NCBI GenBank assembly: GCA_965204755.1
Contig: OZ242011.1
Span: forward strand, 2,272,001 to 2,336,000
Origin: Candidatus Marinacidobacterium sp.
Lineage (GTDB): Bacteria; Acidobacteriota; Vicinamibacteria; Marinacidobacterales; Marinacidobacteraceae
Direction of reading: 5' to 3'
Length of the DNA stretch: 64,000 nucleotides
Below are positions 9,166-19,684 of the stretch, piece by piece. The notes below the pieces were generated by a model that was given only the letters and a program-made list of their open reading frames with translations, ran no database searches and was not told the origin of the DNA. The first letter of the stretch is position 1, and each line of letters begins with the position of its first letter. The translations under genes were made by a program, and so were the position numbers.

Positions 9166-12029
9166 CTCCCGTCCGTCGGGGCGGGGGAGCCGCCGAGGCT
9201 CAGGAGGTTGGCGAGCAGGCGGTAAGCGCCGGGCGTGCCCGCCGGGAGTTGCCGCCAGAGGCCGAGCCCCAGGTAGAGCCATCGGCCGCGTCCGTGGCGG
9301 GCTTCCACCAGGATGCCCCGTTTCTCGCCGGCGTTGTATTCCCACGGATCCTCCGAGGCGAGCAGGTCGGTGTACGCCGGGTCGCCCCCCGGCGCCAGGA
9401 AGTAGAGCCCGCGCTCCTGCACCCACCCGGCCCAGTCGGCCTCCCCGATGCGGTTCGGCGCGTGGAAGACCGGGTGCTCCGGGACCAGCGCCCGCATCGG
9501 GGCGTCCTCCACCGTGACCCGCCCGCGCCCGACGGAGATCGGGTAGGGGCCCCACTGCGCGGCGTTGAACTCGAACTTGTTGTACTGGACGAGCAGCGTG
9601 CCGCCGCGCTCCACGAACTCGATCAGCCGGTGGTTGTGCGTGCGCAGGTCCGGTCGCGCGAGGTAGGCGCGCACGCCGAGCACGATGGTGTCGAAGGCGG
9701 ACAGGTCGCCCTCGGCGAGGTCGGCTTCGTCCAGGTCGGTGAGCGAGACCCCGAGTTGGGCGATCGCTTCCGCGACTTCGTCCCCGACTCCTTCCACATA
9801 GCCGACGCGGACCGGCGCGACCGCCGCGTCCACGACCAGCGCGTTCGCCGCCGCCGGCCGGAACAGGTGGCGCGTCTCGATGTGGTGGTAGGCGACGGTC
9901 TCCACGGTCTCGGCGAAGACGGCCTGCCGGCCGGGGTTCTCCCCGCCGACGAGCCGCGCCTCGGCGCTCAGCGCGTGGGCGCCCTCGGCGACTCCCGACG
10001 GCGCCGACACGGTGAACGCCACCCGGGTCTCGCCGGGCCCGGCGAACGCCGCGGCGCCGGCCTCGGGCGCCACCGTCCAACCCGGCGGCGCGGACAGCCG
10101 GACCTCGTACTCCGCCGCCGCGCTCCCCCGATGGGTCACCGCCACCGAGAGTTCGCGCTCCCGGCCGCCGCGCGGGAACACCACGATCTCCGGCGCGACC
10201 AGGACGGAGGCGAGCGGCAGCACGGACACCTCCTTCTGCTTCTCGGCCCCGACCCAGGGCCCCTCGTAGCGGTACTCCACCGGGCGGCGGATGGTGGCCG
10301 AGACGCCGCCGGCCATGAACCGGACGCGCGCCTCGACCGGCGGCGGGGGAACCGCGGCGCCGAAGGGCGCGCCCTCGGCCATCAGGAAGCGGTCTTCGTC
10401 GGGCCCCGCGCGGAACGCCGGGCGGCTGAACTCCGCGTCCGGGGCGGCGGTCACCGCGAATCGCGTACGCACCGCTCCCCTCGGAGCGACCGGCCTCGGC
10501 AGGTCGTCCGCGGAGGTCAGCGGCGGTCCCGCCGGGCCGCGCCGCCGGCCGGGGCCGCGCGGCGCTGCGCCGTCCTCGGAGGCGGGCTCCACCCGCCAAC
10601 CCTCCGGGGTTTCGAGACCCACATCCACCATGAGGGCTTCCGGGCCCCCCACGCGCACCGCCACCTCGGCGTGGAACCGCCCGCCGGGCGTCACCTCGGA
10701 GGCGCTCGCCACCGGGTGCACCTCGAGCCCGTGCGCGAGCGCCAGCGCCTCCTGGATCAGGTCTTCCTTGGGGGCGAGCCGGTGTTCGAGTTCGTAGGCG
10801 TCCGCCTCCGGGAGTCGGCGGGCCTCCCGGCGGAGGTCCCGAGCCGCGTGGAGCGCCTGCCCGAGCGCGCCGATGCTCCGTTCCGGTTCGCCGGCGGAGA
10901 ACGCCGCCTCGGCGGCGGCGACCGCGCCGCGCAAGGCGCCCAGGCCCGCCCGCTGCGGCGCCGCCCCGTCCCCGGTCAGGAACGCTTCGTAGCGGGCCAG
11001 GCCGGTCGGGATCCCGGCGAAGAGGCCGTCCTCCGCCCCCGCCGGACCGTCGGCCGGAAGCGCGTTCCGCGTTTCGAGCAGCACCGAGGGCCGCCCGAAG
11101 GCGCTCGCCCGCACTTGCCCCATCCCCTGGCAGCGGTGCGCGGCGCGCGCTTCCTGGCCCAGGTCGGCGTAGGTGCGGCCCAGAAGGGGATCCCAGACCT
11201 CGGTCTCCCGGCGGACGACTCTCGCTTCGGTATCCGGGCCGGACACCCGGCCGCCGCCGACGCCGGTCACGAACAGTTTCAGCGGCTGCCAGGGAGGAAG
11301 CCCTTCCGCCAGGTGCTCGGGAAAGCGAGCCGGATCCCCGGCGGCGTCGAATGCCTCGCGCGCCAGCCGCCCGGTCGCCTGGTGGTGCTGTCCGCCACCG
11401 GCGCCGGTCGGGGACAGGGTGAGGATCACCTCGGGGCGGAGGATCCGGATCATCTTCACGACTTCGCCGAGCGTCCGCTCCCGCCCCCACTTCTCCAGCG
11501 TCTCCTCGGCGCTGAACGAGTAGCCGAAGTCGGAGACGAGTCCGAAGTACTGCTCGACGCCGTCCAGCCGGTGCGAGGTCCGCAGTTCCTCCGTGCGGAG
11601 GACGCGCAGGCCGTCGAAGAGTTCCGGCCCGATCTCGTTCTGGCCGCCGCCCCCGCGGGTGAGGGAGAGCAGCGAGACCCGGACGCCGTCGCCGCGGCTC
11701 AGGGCCGCGTGGAGCGCGCTGTCTTCGTCGTCGGGGTGCGCGGTGATCGAGAGGACGGAGACGCCGCTCGCGATCTTCCGGAGCGCGAGCCCCAGCCCGA
11801 CCGCCCCCCGGTCGGGCGCTTCCGGCCGGAGTTGCGCCGCCGCGGTCGCGACCGGCGGCGGGGCGAGCAGCCCGAGCGCCGTCAGCGCGGCGAGCCCGGC
11901 CCCGACCGCGCCGCCCGCGCCCCGAAGGCGCCGCCGGCCGCGTCCGCGGTCGGTGTTTCCTGCCGCTTCCGACCGGACTTTCCGTCGGGTGGCGCGCCGG
12001 GTGACCGGCGCCGGTATCGTTCCGCGCAC
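9162..12029 (-). CDS. PIG-L/LmbE family deacetylase with NEW3-like and C-terminal GATase-like domains
   Basis: AHPDDE, TRGGGGQNEIG, DFGYS, GQHHQ and HRCQGMG motifs. Start is uncertain. Confidence 0.85.
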   Translation of the reverse strand: MRGTIPAPVTRRATRRKVRSEAAGNTDRGRGRRRLRGAGGAVGAGLAALTALGLLAPPPVATAAAQLRPEAPDRGAVGLGLALRKIASGVSVLSITAHPDDEDSALHAALSRGDGVRVSLLSLTRGGGGQNEIGPELFDGLRVLRTEELRTSHRLDGVEQYFGLVSDFGYSFSAEETLEKWGRERTLGEVVKMIRILRPEVILTLSPTGAGGGQHHQATGRLAREAFDAAGDPARFPEHLAEGLPPWQPLKLFVTGVGGGRVSGPDTEARVVRRETEVWDPLLGRTYADLGQEARAAHRCQGMGQVRASAFGRPSVLLETRNALPADGPAGAEDGLFAGIPTGLARYEAFLTGDGAAPQRAGLGALRGAVAAAEAAFSAGEPERSIGALGQALHAARDLRREARRLPEADAYELEHRLAPKEDLIQEALALAHGLEVHPVASASEVTPGGRFHAEVAVRVGGPEALMVDVGLETPEGWRVEPASEDGAAPRGPGRRRGPAGPPLTSADDLPRPVAPRGAVRTRFAVTAAPDAEFSRPAFRAGPDEDRFLMAEGAPFGAAVPPPPVEARVRFMAGGVSATIRRPVEYRYEGPWVGAEKQKEVSVLPLASVLVAPEIVVFPRGGRERELSVAVTHRGSAAAEYEVRLSAPPGWTVAPEAGAAAFAGPGETRVAFTVSAPSGVAEGAHALSAEARLVGGENPGRQAVFAETVETVAYHHIETRHLFRPAAANALVVDAAVAPVRVGYVEGVGDEVAEAIAQLGVSLTDLDEADLAEGDLSAFDTIVLGVRAYLARPDLRTHNHRLIEFVERGGTLLVQYNKFEFNAAQWGPYPISVGRGRVTVEDAPMRALVPEHPVFHAPNRIGEADWAGWVQERGLYFLAPGGDPAYTDLLASEDPWEYNAGEKRGILVEARHGRGRWLYLGLGLWRQLPAGTPGAYRLLANLLSLGGSPAPTDGR

Positions 12030-12154
12030 TTCCGCGCCTCCTGGAATTCTTCCGATCCCCCTGCCCGACCGCCCTGCCCGACCGCCCTGCCGAACCGGCC
12101 CCGCCGAAGTCTAGCGACGCCCCGCCGCCGCCCGCCGCGCCGGAGGCGCCCCCG

Positions 12155-12346
12155 GTGACCGGGCCGCCGGGCGCGGCGCCGCCGCCGGGCGCGGCGCCGC
12201 CGCCGGCTGCGACGGACGCCTCCGACCGCCCGCCCTCCGAGACGGGCTTCTTCCGCACCTGGCGGCGCCTGTATGCGGCGGTCCTGGTGACCGAACTGGC
12301 GCTGGTGGTCCTCTTCCTCTGGTTTTCCCGAGCCTTCTCGGGCTGA
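12155..12346 (+). CDS. Small single-TM protein associated with the sodium:solute symporter
   Basis: WRRLYAAVLV...FLWFSRAF TM segment directly upstream of the symporter gene. Confidence 0.6.
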   Translation: MTGPPGAAPPPGAAPPPAATDASDRPPSETGFFRTWRRLYAAVLVTELALVVLFLWFSRAFSG

Positions 12347-12391
12347 CCCCGGACCGCTCGGGCGCCGCTCCGCGACTCCCCGGCGGCCTCC

Positions 12392-14143
12392 ATGCAACTC
12401 CTCGACTGGGTCGTCGTCGCCGCCTACTTCGGGCTGATCGCCCTCGTCGGCTACCGCACCGGCCGCGGCAACCGGGGCATCGAGGACTACTTCCTCGCCC
12501 GGAGGTCCATGCCCTGGTACGCCATGGGCCTCTCGGTGATGGCCACCCAAGCCAGCGCGATCACGCTGGTCGGGGCCACCGGGCAGGCGTACGCCGACGG
12601 GATGCGGTTCCTCCAGATCTACCTGGGCCTGCCCATCGCCATGGTCCTCCTCTCGGTGACCTTCGTGCCGCTCTTCTACCGGGCGCGGGTGTTCACCGCC
12701 TACCAGTACCTGGAGGAACGCTGCGGCCCCGGCGCCCGCACGCTGACCAGCCTCCTCTTCCTCTTCGGCCGCGCCCTCTCCGGGGCGGTGGTGATCTACG
12801 CGCCGTCGGTGGTGCTCTCGGTGGTCTTCTCGCTCGACGAGACGCTCACGATCCTGCTCATCGGCGGCTTCGCCACGCTCTACACCGCGCTCGGCGGGAT
12901 GCGCGCCGTCATGTGGGTGGAGACCTGGCAGATGCTCATCATCCTGCTCGGGATCCTGTTCTGCTTCGGGTCGGTGGTCTCCGGGCTGCCGGAGGGCGTG
13001 GGCTTCGGCGAGGCGCTCCGGCTGGCCGGCGCCGCCGGCCGGCTGGAGACCCTCTCCTTCGACCCTGACCCCCGGCAGACCTACACCGTCTGGACCGGGC
13101 TGCTCGGCGGCCTCTTCCTCATGCTGTCCTACTTCGGCTGCGACCAGAGCCAGGTGCAGCGCTACCTGACCGGCCGGTCGCTCCGGGAGAGCCGCATCTC
13201 CCTGCTGTTCAACGGCTTCGCCAAACTGCCGGTGCAGTTCGTCATCCTCCTCACCGGGGCGCTCCTCTTCGTCTTCTACCAGTTCGAGAAGCCGCCGCTC
13301 CTGTTCGACCCGGCCACCCTCGCCGAAGTCCGCGCCGCATCGCCGGCGGAACTGGCGCGGACCGAGGCGGACTACGACCGCGCCTTCGCCGAGCGGCGGG
13401 AGGCGGCGTTCGCGCTGGCCGCCGCCGACGGGGAGGCCGACGGGGAGGACGGCCCGGAAGGCGCCGCCCGGGAGCGGTTCCTCACCGCCGACCGGAGGTT
13501 CCGGGAGACCCGGGAGGAGGCCCGGCAGGCCGCGGAAGCGGTGCGCGGCGAGGCCTGGTCGGACACGAACCATGTGTTCCCGACCTTCGTGTTCACCCAA
13601 CTGCCGGCCGGCCTGGTGGGCCTCATCCTGATCGCCGTGCTGGCCGCCGCCATGTCCACCGTGGAGTCCGAACTCTCCGCCCTCTCCACCGCTTCGGTGG
13701 TGGACTTCTACCGCCGGTTCGGGGACCGCCTGCCGCTGTTCCGCCCCGGTTCCGGGCCCGGCGCCGGGCGCCGGCTGCTGGCCGCCGGGCGGGCGGGGAT
13801 CGTGTTCTGGGGCGCGCTGGCCACCGGCGCCGCGCTCTACATGGGCCGGCTGGGGTCGGCGGTGGAGGCGGTGAACCGGGTCGGCTCCTTCTTCTACGGC
13901 CCGATCCTCGGCGCCTTCGTCCTCGCCGCCCTCCTGCCGAACCGGGGCGCCCGGCGGGCGGTTCCGGCGATCGCCGCCGGCGTCGCCGCGGTCTGGGCGG
14001 TGGAACTCGTTCCCCGCGCGCTGGGCGTCCCGGGGATCTCCTACCTCTACTACAACCTGGTCGGGGCGGGAGTGACGGTGGCGGTCGGCCGGATCCTCTC
14101 CGGCGCAAGGCCTTCCGCCGCAGAGGAGGCCCCCCGCCCGTGA
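12392..14143 (+). CDS. Sodium:solute symporter
   Basis: DYFLARRSMPW, ATQASAIT, YFGCDQSQVQRYL and LAAAMST motifs. Confidence 0.92.
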   Translation: MQLLDWVVVAAYFGLIALVGYRTGRGNRGIEDYFLARRSMPWYAMGLSVMATQASAITLVGATGQAYADGMRFLQIYLGLPIAMVLLSVTFVPLFYRARVFTAYQYLEERCGPGARTLTSLLFLFGRALSGAVVIYAPSVVLSVVFSLDETLTILLIGGFATLYTALGGMRAVMWVETWQMLIILLGILFCFGSVVSGLPEGVGFGEALRLAGAAGRLETLSFDPDPRQTYTVWTGLLGGLFLMLSYFGCDQSQVQRYLTGRSLRESRISLLFNGFAKLPVQFVILLTGALLFVFYQFEKPPLLFDPATLAEVRAASPAELARTEADYDRAFAERREAAFALAAADGEADGEDGPEGAARERFLTADRRFRETREEARQAAEAVRGEAWSDTNHVFPTFVFTQLPAGLVGLILIAVLAAAMSTVESELSALSTASVVDFYRRFGDRLPLFRPGSGPGAGRRLLAAGRAGIVFWGALATGAALYMGRLGSAVEAVNRVGSFFYGPILGAFVLAALLPNRGARRAVPAIAAGVAAVWAVELVPRALGVPGISYLYYNLVGAGVTVAVGRILSGARPSAAEEAPRP

Positions 14144-15885
14144 GGGAGTACCGCCGGCAGGCCGCGGAGTGGCTCGACCGCTTCGTCGCCCGCCGGGAAT
14201 CGTTGAGCCGGCGCGGGTTCTCCACCGGGGTGGACCTCGGCATCGGCGCGCTCGTGGGGGCGGTGATCGCCGGGTTCGTGGTCGCCACGCAGCGGCTCGC
14301 GGAGTTCGTGGTGGACGGCGCGGCGCTCGGGTCCTTCCGCTACGCAGTCCCGATCCTCGGGTCGCTGGTCGCCGGGATCCTCATGCATCGCTGGTTCCGC
14401 GAGGCCCGGGGCAGCGGGGTGCCGCAGACCAAGGCCGCGCTGGTCGCCGACGGCGGCCGCATCCCGTTCCGGGCGCCGGTGGGGAAACTGCTGGTCGGCA
14501 CCCTGACCCTCGGCAGCGGCATCCCCCTCGGGCGCGAAGGGCCGTCGGCGCAAATCGGGGCCGGCCTCGCTTCGTCGGTCGGCAGCGCGCTGCGGGTGGA
14601 CGCCGTCCGGCGGCAGCAGTTGGTCCCGGTAGGCGCCGCGGCCGCGATCGCCGCGGCGTTCAACACCCCGATCGCCGGCATCCTGTTCGCGCTCGAGGAG
14701 ATCGTCGGCAACCTCCACGCCCGGCTCATCGGCTCCGTCGTCCTGGGGTCGGTGGCGAGTTGGCTGGTGCTCCGGCTCTCGCTCGGCGACGAGCCGCTGT
14801 TCTCGGTACCGCCCTACGAGGTCGGACACCCCGCGGAACTGCTCATCTACGCGGTGCTCGGGGTGCTCGGCGGGCTGATGTCGGTGCTCTTCGTCCGCCT
14901 GCTGCTCCGGCTGCGCCAAGCCTTCCGCCGGTTGCCGGCGGCCACCCGCTGGTTCCAGCCGGCGGTCGGCGGACTGGCGGTCGCCGCGGCCTGGGCGCTG
15001 TTGCCCGGCTTCTTCCATGTCGGCTACGGCCCGGTGGGGGAGGCCCTCGCCGGCGAACTGGACATGGGCACGATGGCGGTGCTGCTCGCGCTCCACTTCG
15101 GGCTGGCGGTGATCGCCTACGCCTCCGGGAACGCCGGCGGGATCTTCGGCCCCAGCATCTTCCTCGGCGCCATGCTCGGAGGGGTGGTGGGCAGCCTCGC
15201 CGGCGCGTGGTTCGACTTCGCCGCGTCGCCCGGCGCGTACGCGCTGGTCGGCATGGGGGCGGCGTTCGCCGGGATCCTGCGGGTGCCGATGACCTCGGTG
15301 TTCATGATCTTCGAGATCACCCAGTCCTACACGGTCATCGTCCCGCTCATGATCGCCAACCTGGTGTCCTTCCTGGTCTCCCGCCGCCTCCAGCCGGTCC
15401 CGGCCTACCAGGCGCTCGCGCTCCAGGACGGGATCCACCTGCCGGAGAGCGAGGACCTCGAGTCCCACCTCTCCGTCCGCGCCGGGATGCGCCAGCCCCG
15501 GGAACTGCTGCCGCCGGACCTGACCGTCGAGGACGCGATCGAGCGGGTCGCGCTCAGCGGCAAACGCGCCTGGCCGGTGGCCCGCGACAACCGCATCGCC
15601 GGTTTCATCACCCTGGTGGAACTCGAGCGGCTCCACAACTGGGGGCAGGACCGGGAACGGCTGGGCGATGTGGTCCGGGGGAGGTCGTTCCCCCACCTCC
15701 ACTCCGACCAGCCGATCGACATGGCCCTGCGCTACATGGGCCGCATCGCGCTGGACACCCTGCCGGTGGTGAGCCGGGTGGATGTCCACCGGCTCGAAGG
15801 CACGGTGACGGTCGCCGACCTGCTGCGCGCCTACGGGGTCGCGCCCCGCTTCGGCGACGGCCCCCCCCGGGGAATCCCCGGGTAG
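14140..15885 (+). CDS. ClC chloride channel/antiporter with CBS domains
   Basis: GSGVP, GREGP, AAFNTP and GGIFGP motifs plus a C-terminal CBS pair. Confidence 0.92.
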   Translation: MREYRRQAAEWLDRFVARRESLSRRGFSTGVDLGIGALVGAVIAGFVVATQRLAEFVVDGAALGSFRYAVPILGSLVAGILMHRWFREARGSGVPQTKAALVADGGRIPFRAPVGKLLVGTLTLGSGIPLGREGPSAQIGAGLASSVGSALRVDAVRRQQLVPVGAAAAIAAAFNTPIAGILFALEEIVGNLHARLIGSVVLGSVASWLVLRLSLGDEPLFSVPPYEVGHPAELLIYAVLGVLGGLMSVLFVRLLLRLRQAFRRLPAATRWFQPAVGGLAVAAAWALLPGFFHVGYGPVGEALAGELDMGTMAVLLALHFGLAVIAYASGNAGGIFGPSIFLGAMLGGVVGSLAGAWFDFAASPGAYALVGMGAAFAGILRVPMTSVFMIFEITQSYTVIVPLMIANLVSFLVSRRLQPVPAYQALALQDGIHLPESEDLESHLSVRAGMRQPRELLPPDLTVEDAIERVALSGKRAWPVARDNRIAGFITLVELERLHNWGQDRERLGDVVRGRSFPHLHSDQPIDMALRYMGRIALDTLPVVSRVDVHRLEGTVTVADLLRAYGVAPRFGDGPPRGIPG

Positions 15886-15910
15886 CCGCCCGGAGGCGAT
15901 CCCGGGAGTC

Positions 15911-16390
15911 GTGGTCGCGGTCGTCCAGCGCGTCCGTTCCGCTTCGGTCTCCGTCTCCGGGGAGACCGTCGCCGAAATCGGGCCCGGCCTGCTGGTCCTC
16001 GTGGGGGTGGCCGCCGCCGACTCCCCGGAAGACGCGGCCTGGCTGGCCCGTCGGATCGCCGGACTCCGGGTGTTCCCCCCCTCCGGCGGCGGCGGCGCGG
16101 AACGGAGCGTCGTCGAGAGCGGGGGCGAGGCGCTCGCGGTGTCGCAGTTCACCCTGCTGGCCAACTGCCGGAAGGGGCGGCGTCCCTCGTTCTCCGCCGC
16201 CGCGCCCGGGCCCGCCGCCGGCCGGCTGTACCGGGACTTCTGCTCCCGGCTCGGGGAGTGCGGCGTCCCGGTGCGCACCGGCGTGTTCGGGGCGGCCATG
16301 GAGGTCGCGCTGGTGAACGACGGCCCCTACACGCTGGTGGTCGAAAGCCCCGGCGCGGCGCGAAGTATCCTTACCGTTTCCGCCGGCTGA
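15911..16390 (+). CDS. dtd: D-aminoacyl-tRNA deacylase
   Basis: VVQRV, SQFTL, KGRRPSF and NDGP motifs. Confidence 0.93.
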   Translation: MVAVVQRVRSASVSVSGETVAEIGPGLLVLVGVAAADSPEDAAWLARRIAGLRVFPPSGGGGAERSVVESGGEALAVSQFTLLANCRKGRRPSFSAAAPGPAAGRLYRDFCSRLGECGVPVRTGVFGAAMEVALVNDGPYTLVVESPGAARSILTVSAG

Positions 16391-16444
16391 GCCCCGTTGC
16401 GCTCCGCCCACCCTGTCCGATTCGCGGAATTCGAGGTGTTTTCC

Positions 16445-17530
16445 ATGCGCATCCTCCGCTCGCCCCGCGCGGTCCTCCTCGCCGGCGCCCTCGCCGGTTC
16501 GGCGGTGTTCGCCGCCGGCTGCGGCGGCTCGGCGGCCGGTTCCTCGCCCGCCGGGGAAGGGCCGATGGCTTCCGTCCTTCCCCCGACCGTCGAATCCTCG
16601 GTGCTCGGCGTGCTCGACGGCGAGGAGATCACTCTCGAGAGCGTCCCCGACCAGGATCGGTTCCAGTTGGCCAAACTGCGGACCGAGTACCTGACCGAAG
16701 CGCACGCCACGCTGGAGCGGATCGCGCTGCGCGCGGCGCGCGACCGGGTGCTCACCCGCGCCGCGGAGGCGAAGGGGATGACCCTGAACGACTATCTCGG
16801 CGCGGAAGTGGGGCCGCCGGAGGTGAGCGACGCCGAAGTCGAGCAGGTGTACCAGCGCAACATCAACCAGATGGGCGGGCGGCCGCTCGACCAGATCCGC
16901 GACCAACTGCGCGGCCAGATCGCCGAGCAGAAGTTCAACTGGTCGGTGGAGCGGGTCGCGGACGGCCTGCTCGGCGACGCCGAGTGGGACATGACCGTTC
17001 CCGCCTTCCGGGTCGAGATCGAAACCGACGGCCACGCCGCGGTGGGGCCGGCGGGCGCGCCGGTGGAACTCGTGGTGTTCTCGGATTTCGAGTGCCCCTA
17101 CTGCCGCCGCTTCAACACCAGCCTCGACCGGCTCCGCGAAGAGTTCCTCTCCGAGGTCCGGGTGGTCTTCCGGCACCACCCGCTGCGCAACATCCACCCG
17201 CGCGCCCAGAAGGCGGCGGAGGCCTCGCTCTGCGCCGGAGACCAGGGCAAGTTCTGGGAGTTCCACGACGCGCTCTGGACGGACGAGGACCTGTCGGCGG
17301 ACGCGCTGGACCGCCACGCTTCGGGGATCGGTCTCGACTCGGACACCTTCGGGGACTGCCTGAATTCCGGCCGCTACTACGAGCAGGTGGAAGCGGATGT
17401 GCAGGCCGCGCTCGGGCTCGGGCAGGGAGGGACCCCGGCGGTCTTCGTGAACGGCCGCTATGTGGGCGGCGCGATCTCGTTCGAGGACCTGAAGTCGCAG
17501 ATCGAACGCGAACTCGCCGAGGGCGACTAG
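16445..17530 (+). CDS. DsbA/thioredoxin-domain lipoprotein
   Basis: Lipobox FAAGC, FSDFECPYC active site and GTPAVFVNG. Confidence 0.88.
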   Translation: MRILRSPRAVLLAGALAGSAVFAAGCGGSAAGSSPAGEGPMASVLPPTVESSVLGVLDGEEITLESVPDQDRFQLAKLRTEYLTEAHATLERIALRAARDRVLTRAAEAKGMTLNDYLGAEVGPPEVSDAEVEQVYQRNINQMGGRPLDQIRDQLRGQIAEQKFNWSVERVADGLLGDAEWDMTVPAFRVEIETDGHAAVGPAGAPVELVVFSDFECPYCRRFNTSLDRLREEFLSEVRVVFRHHPLRNIHPRAQKAAEASLCAGDQGKFWEFHDALWTDEDLSADALDRHASGIGLDSDTFGDCLNSGRYYEQVEADVQAALGLGQGGTPAVFVNGRYVGGAISFEDLKSQIERELAEGD

Positions 17531-17582
17531 CGAGCCCCGACCGGCGAGCCCCGACCAGCGAGCCCGATTGGCGAGCCCGACC
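17530..17582. repeat. Short tandem repeat, about 4 x 13-14 bp (GCGAGCCC(C)GA core)
   Basis: Read directly between the DsbA and PPOX genes. Confidence 0.7.
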
Positions 17583-17623
17583 CGGCCCGCGTTCGCACCT
17601 CCGAAGGACACTCACTCAAGAAG

Positions 17624-18028
17624 ATGCCTGCCGCGACCACGCTCTCTCCCGAAGTCCGGGAATTCCTCGAAGCCCGGACTTTCGTCCACCTGGCCACCGT
17701 CCTGCCCGACGGGCGCCCGCAGGTCTCCCCGGTCTGGGTCGAACTCGACGGCGAGTCCATCGTCGTGAACTCGGCGGTGGGCCGGGTCAAGGACCGGAAC
17801 ATCCGCGCCGACGCCCGGGTGGCGCTCTCCGCCTGCCATCCGGACGACCCCTACCGCGCGGTGATGATCCGGGGCCGGGTGGTGGAAGTCACCGAGGAGG
17901 CCGCCGAGGAGGGCATAGACCGCCTCGCCCGGAAGTACCTGGGCTCCGACCGGTACGAATGGCGCCGCCCGGGAGAGGTGCGCGTGATCTACCGCATCCA
18001 ACCGGAAACCGTCGCCACGATCCCGTAG
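17624..18028 (+). CDS. PPOX-class (F420-dependent-like) oxidoreductase
   Basis: HLATVLPDGRPQVSPVW, KDRNIRADARVAL and IDRLARKY motifs. Confidence 0.88.
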   Translation: MPAATTLSPEVREFLEARTFVHLATVLPDGRPQVSPVWVELDGESIVVNSAVGRVKDRNIRADARVALSACHPDDPYRAVMIRGRVVEVTEEAAEEGIDRLARKYLGSDRYEWRRPGEVRVIYRIQPETVATIP

Positions 18029-18068
18029 GGCCCCGGCACGGGGACCCCGAAGCCGTCGGCGGGTCGTC

Positions 18069-18449
18069 GTGCGCTATCGAGAGCCGCTCCCGAAGGGCTG
18101 CCCGCCGGCCGAGGCCGCGGAGATTCGGGAGCCGCGCTCCGTCTTTCGGTTGGTGCGAAGCGACCCGGCGACATCGGAGGACTTCCGTTCTCACAGGGAA
18201 GAGAAGGGGCCGGGAGTCGTCTTCCGCGGAGTGGACGAGTGCCGGGCCCGCGGCCTGTCCGTCTATGAGTCCCGCGAGAGCGCAGCGGGGGCGAGAAGAT
18301 TTCCTCATCTTCGCGGCCGCCGCGTCTGTCGGGTAGAACTCGCCGCCGGCGCGGGCAGCATCCGCCAGACCGGAGCCCCGCCCCACTACACTTGGTGGCC
18401 GCTCGCGGACTTCGACATTCTCGCCGCGAGCACCGTGGAGCCCCGATGA
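18069..18449 (+). CDS. Hypothetical protein, possible ADP-ribosyltransferase-like fold
   Basis: CPP..VFR..DFRS..C.ARGLSVY..HYTWW pattern. Translationally coupled to the next gene (ATGA). Confidence 0.55.
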   Translation: MRYREPLPKGCPPAEAAEIREPRSVFRLVRSDPATSEDFRSHREEKGPGVVFRGVDECRARGLSVYESRESAAGARRFPHLRGRRVCRVELAAGAGSIRQTGAPPHYTWWPLADFDILAASTVEPR

Positions 18450-19609
18450 CCGCGACGAGGCGAATCCGCCATACGGCGACGCTCGCCTATTACGACGGTC
18501 CGTTGGTGTTCGAGGCCCGCGACGGCATCGGCGGCCACTACCTCGCCTCCGCGGCGGCGCGGGAGCCCGGCGAACCGGATGAATTCCTGCTGAGGGGCGT
18601 TTCGCCCTCGGCGCTTGCGGCGTTTCGTTTCGGTGCGGTGGACCTTCGCTCGGCGCTGCTCGACTCGCCGGACGCCGAGTGGTTCCTCGCGCGATTCGCG
18701 GACTCGGGAGAGGAGGACACACTGCTGCTGGAGCCCCAGGCGGGGCCGCTCGAAGGCAGTTCGCCGCTCCTCCCCGATTCCGGATTCTTCCTCCACGACG
18801 GTCCGGCCGAGAACGCGGTGGTGGAAGAGGCGAGAAGGCGGAACGCGCTCGTCGTGGAACTCGCCGCCAGTCCGCCGGAGGCTGCGAACGGCCACTGCAT
18901 GCGCGCGGCTGCCTTGGGCGGCCTGCTGACCGACTTCCAGACTCTGGTCACCGGGGCGCATCGCGCGGCGGCGAAGGGTGGGCGGCCGCCTCCGGGGAGC
19001 GAAGAGATGGATGTCGTCGTGCCCGCCGCACCCGGTTCGTTCCGGGTGGTTCTCGCCTCCGCCCATCCACCGGATGTCTTCGGCGGGAACTGGCTGACGC
19101 CCGCCTTCCGACAACTCGACGAAGTGTTCCGGCGGATCGAGGACCCCTCGGAGACCGTCGCCTTCCTGCGGGAGAGTCCGGGGCGGTTCGCGGGCGCCGC
19201 CGTGAAGTTCCTGAAGTCGGTCGCGGACAGTACGGACTTCCGGTACTCGTGGGCGGACTTCGACTCGAAGGAAGCCACGCGGCACTCGGTGCCGCGGCAC
19301 GCGGCCGCCCGCATCGTCGAGGCCGCCGCCGACTCCCCGGTCATCGACGCCGAGGAGACGGAAGAAGTGGAAGTGACCGGGGAGTTCCAGAAGTTCCACC
19401 GGGGGAACGGCGCCTGGGCGCTGCTGACCGGGGACGGGGCCGTCGTTGCGGGAACGCTCCGCCCCGAAGGGCCCGGTCTCGACGGGCTGGTCGTCGGCGG
19501 CCGGTACCGGTTCGTCTGCGAAGAGCGGGTCGAGGCGGTCAGCGTCAGCAGGCGACGACCTCCGAGGCGCTACCTCGTTCGCCACGAGCCGGCCGCCGAC
19601 GAGTCCTGA
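18446..19609 (+). CDS. Hypothetical protein with DUF6575-like N-terminus
   Basis: N-terminal TLAYYDGPLVFEARDGIGGHYL. ATG overlaps the upstream stop. Confidence 0.6.
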   Translation: MTATRRIRHTATLAYYDGPLVFEARDGIGGHYLASAAAREPGEPDEFLLRGVSPSALAAFRFGAVDLRSALLDSPDAEWFLARFADSGEEDTLLLEPQAGPLEGSSPLLPDSGFFLHDGPAENAVVEEARRRNALVVELAASPPEAANGHCMRAAALGGLLTDFQTLVTGAHRAAAKGGRPPPGSEEMDVVVPAAPGSFRVVLASAHPPDVFGGNWLTPAFRQLDEVFRRIEDPSETVAFLRESPGRFAGAAVKFLKSVADSTDFRYSWADFDSKEATRHSVPRHAAARIVEAAADSPVIDAEETEEVEVTGEFQKFHRGNGAWALLTGDGAVVAGTLRPEGPGLDGLVVGGRYRFVCEERVEAVSVSRRRPPRRYLVRHEPAADES

Positions 19610-19684
19610 GGCGGGTCTCGCCGGCGCGGCGACGGGCCGCGGGGCCTCTCCGGCGACTGATCGCCGCGTTCCCTTCGCCCGCAG

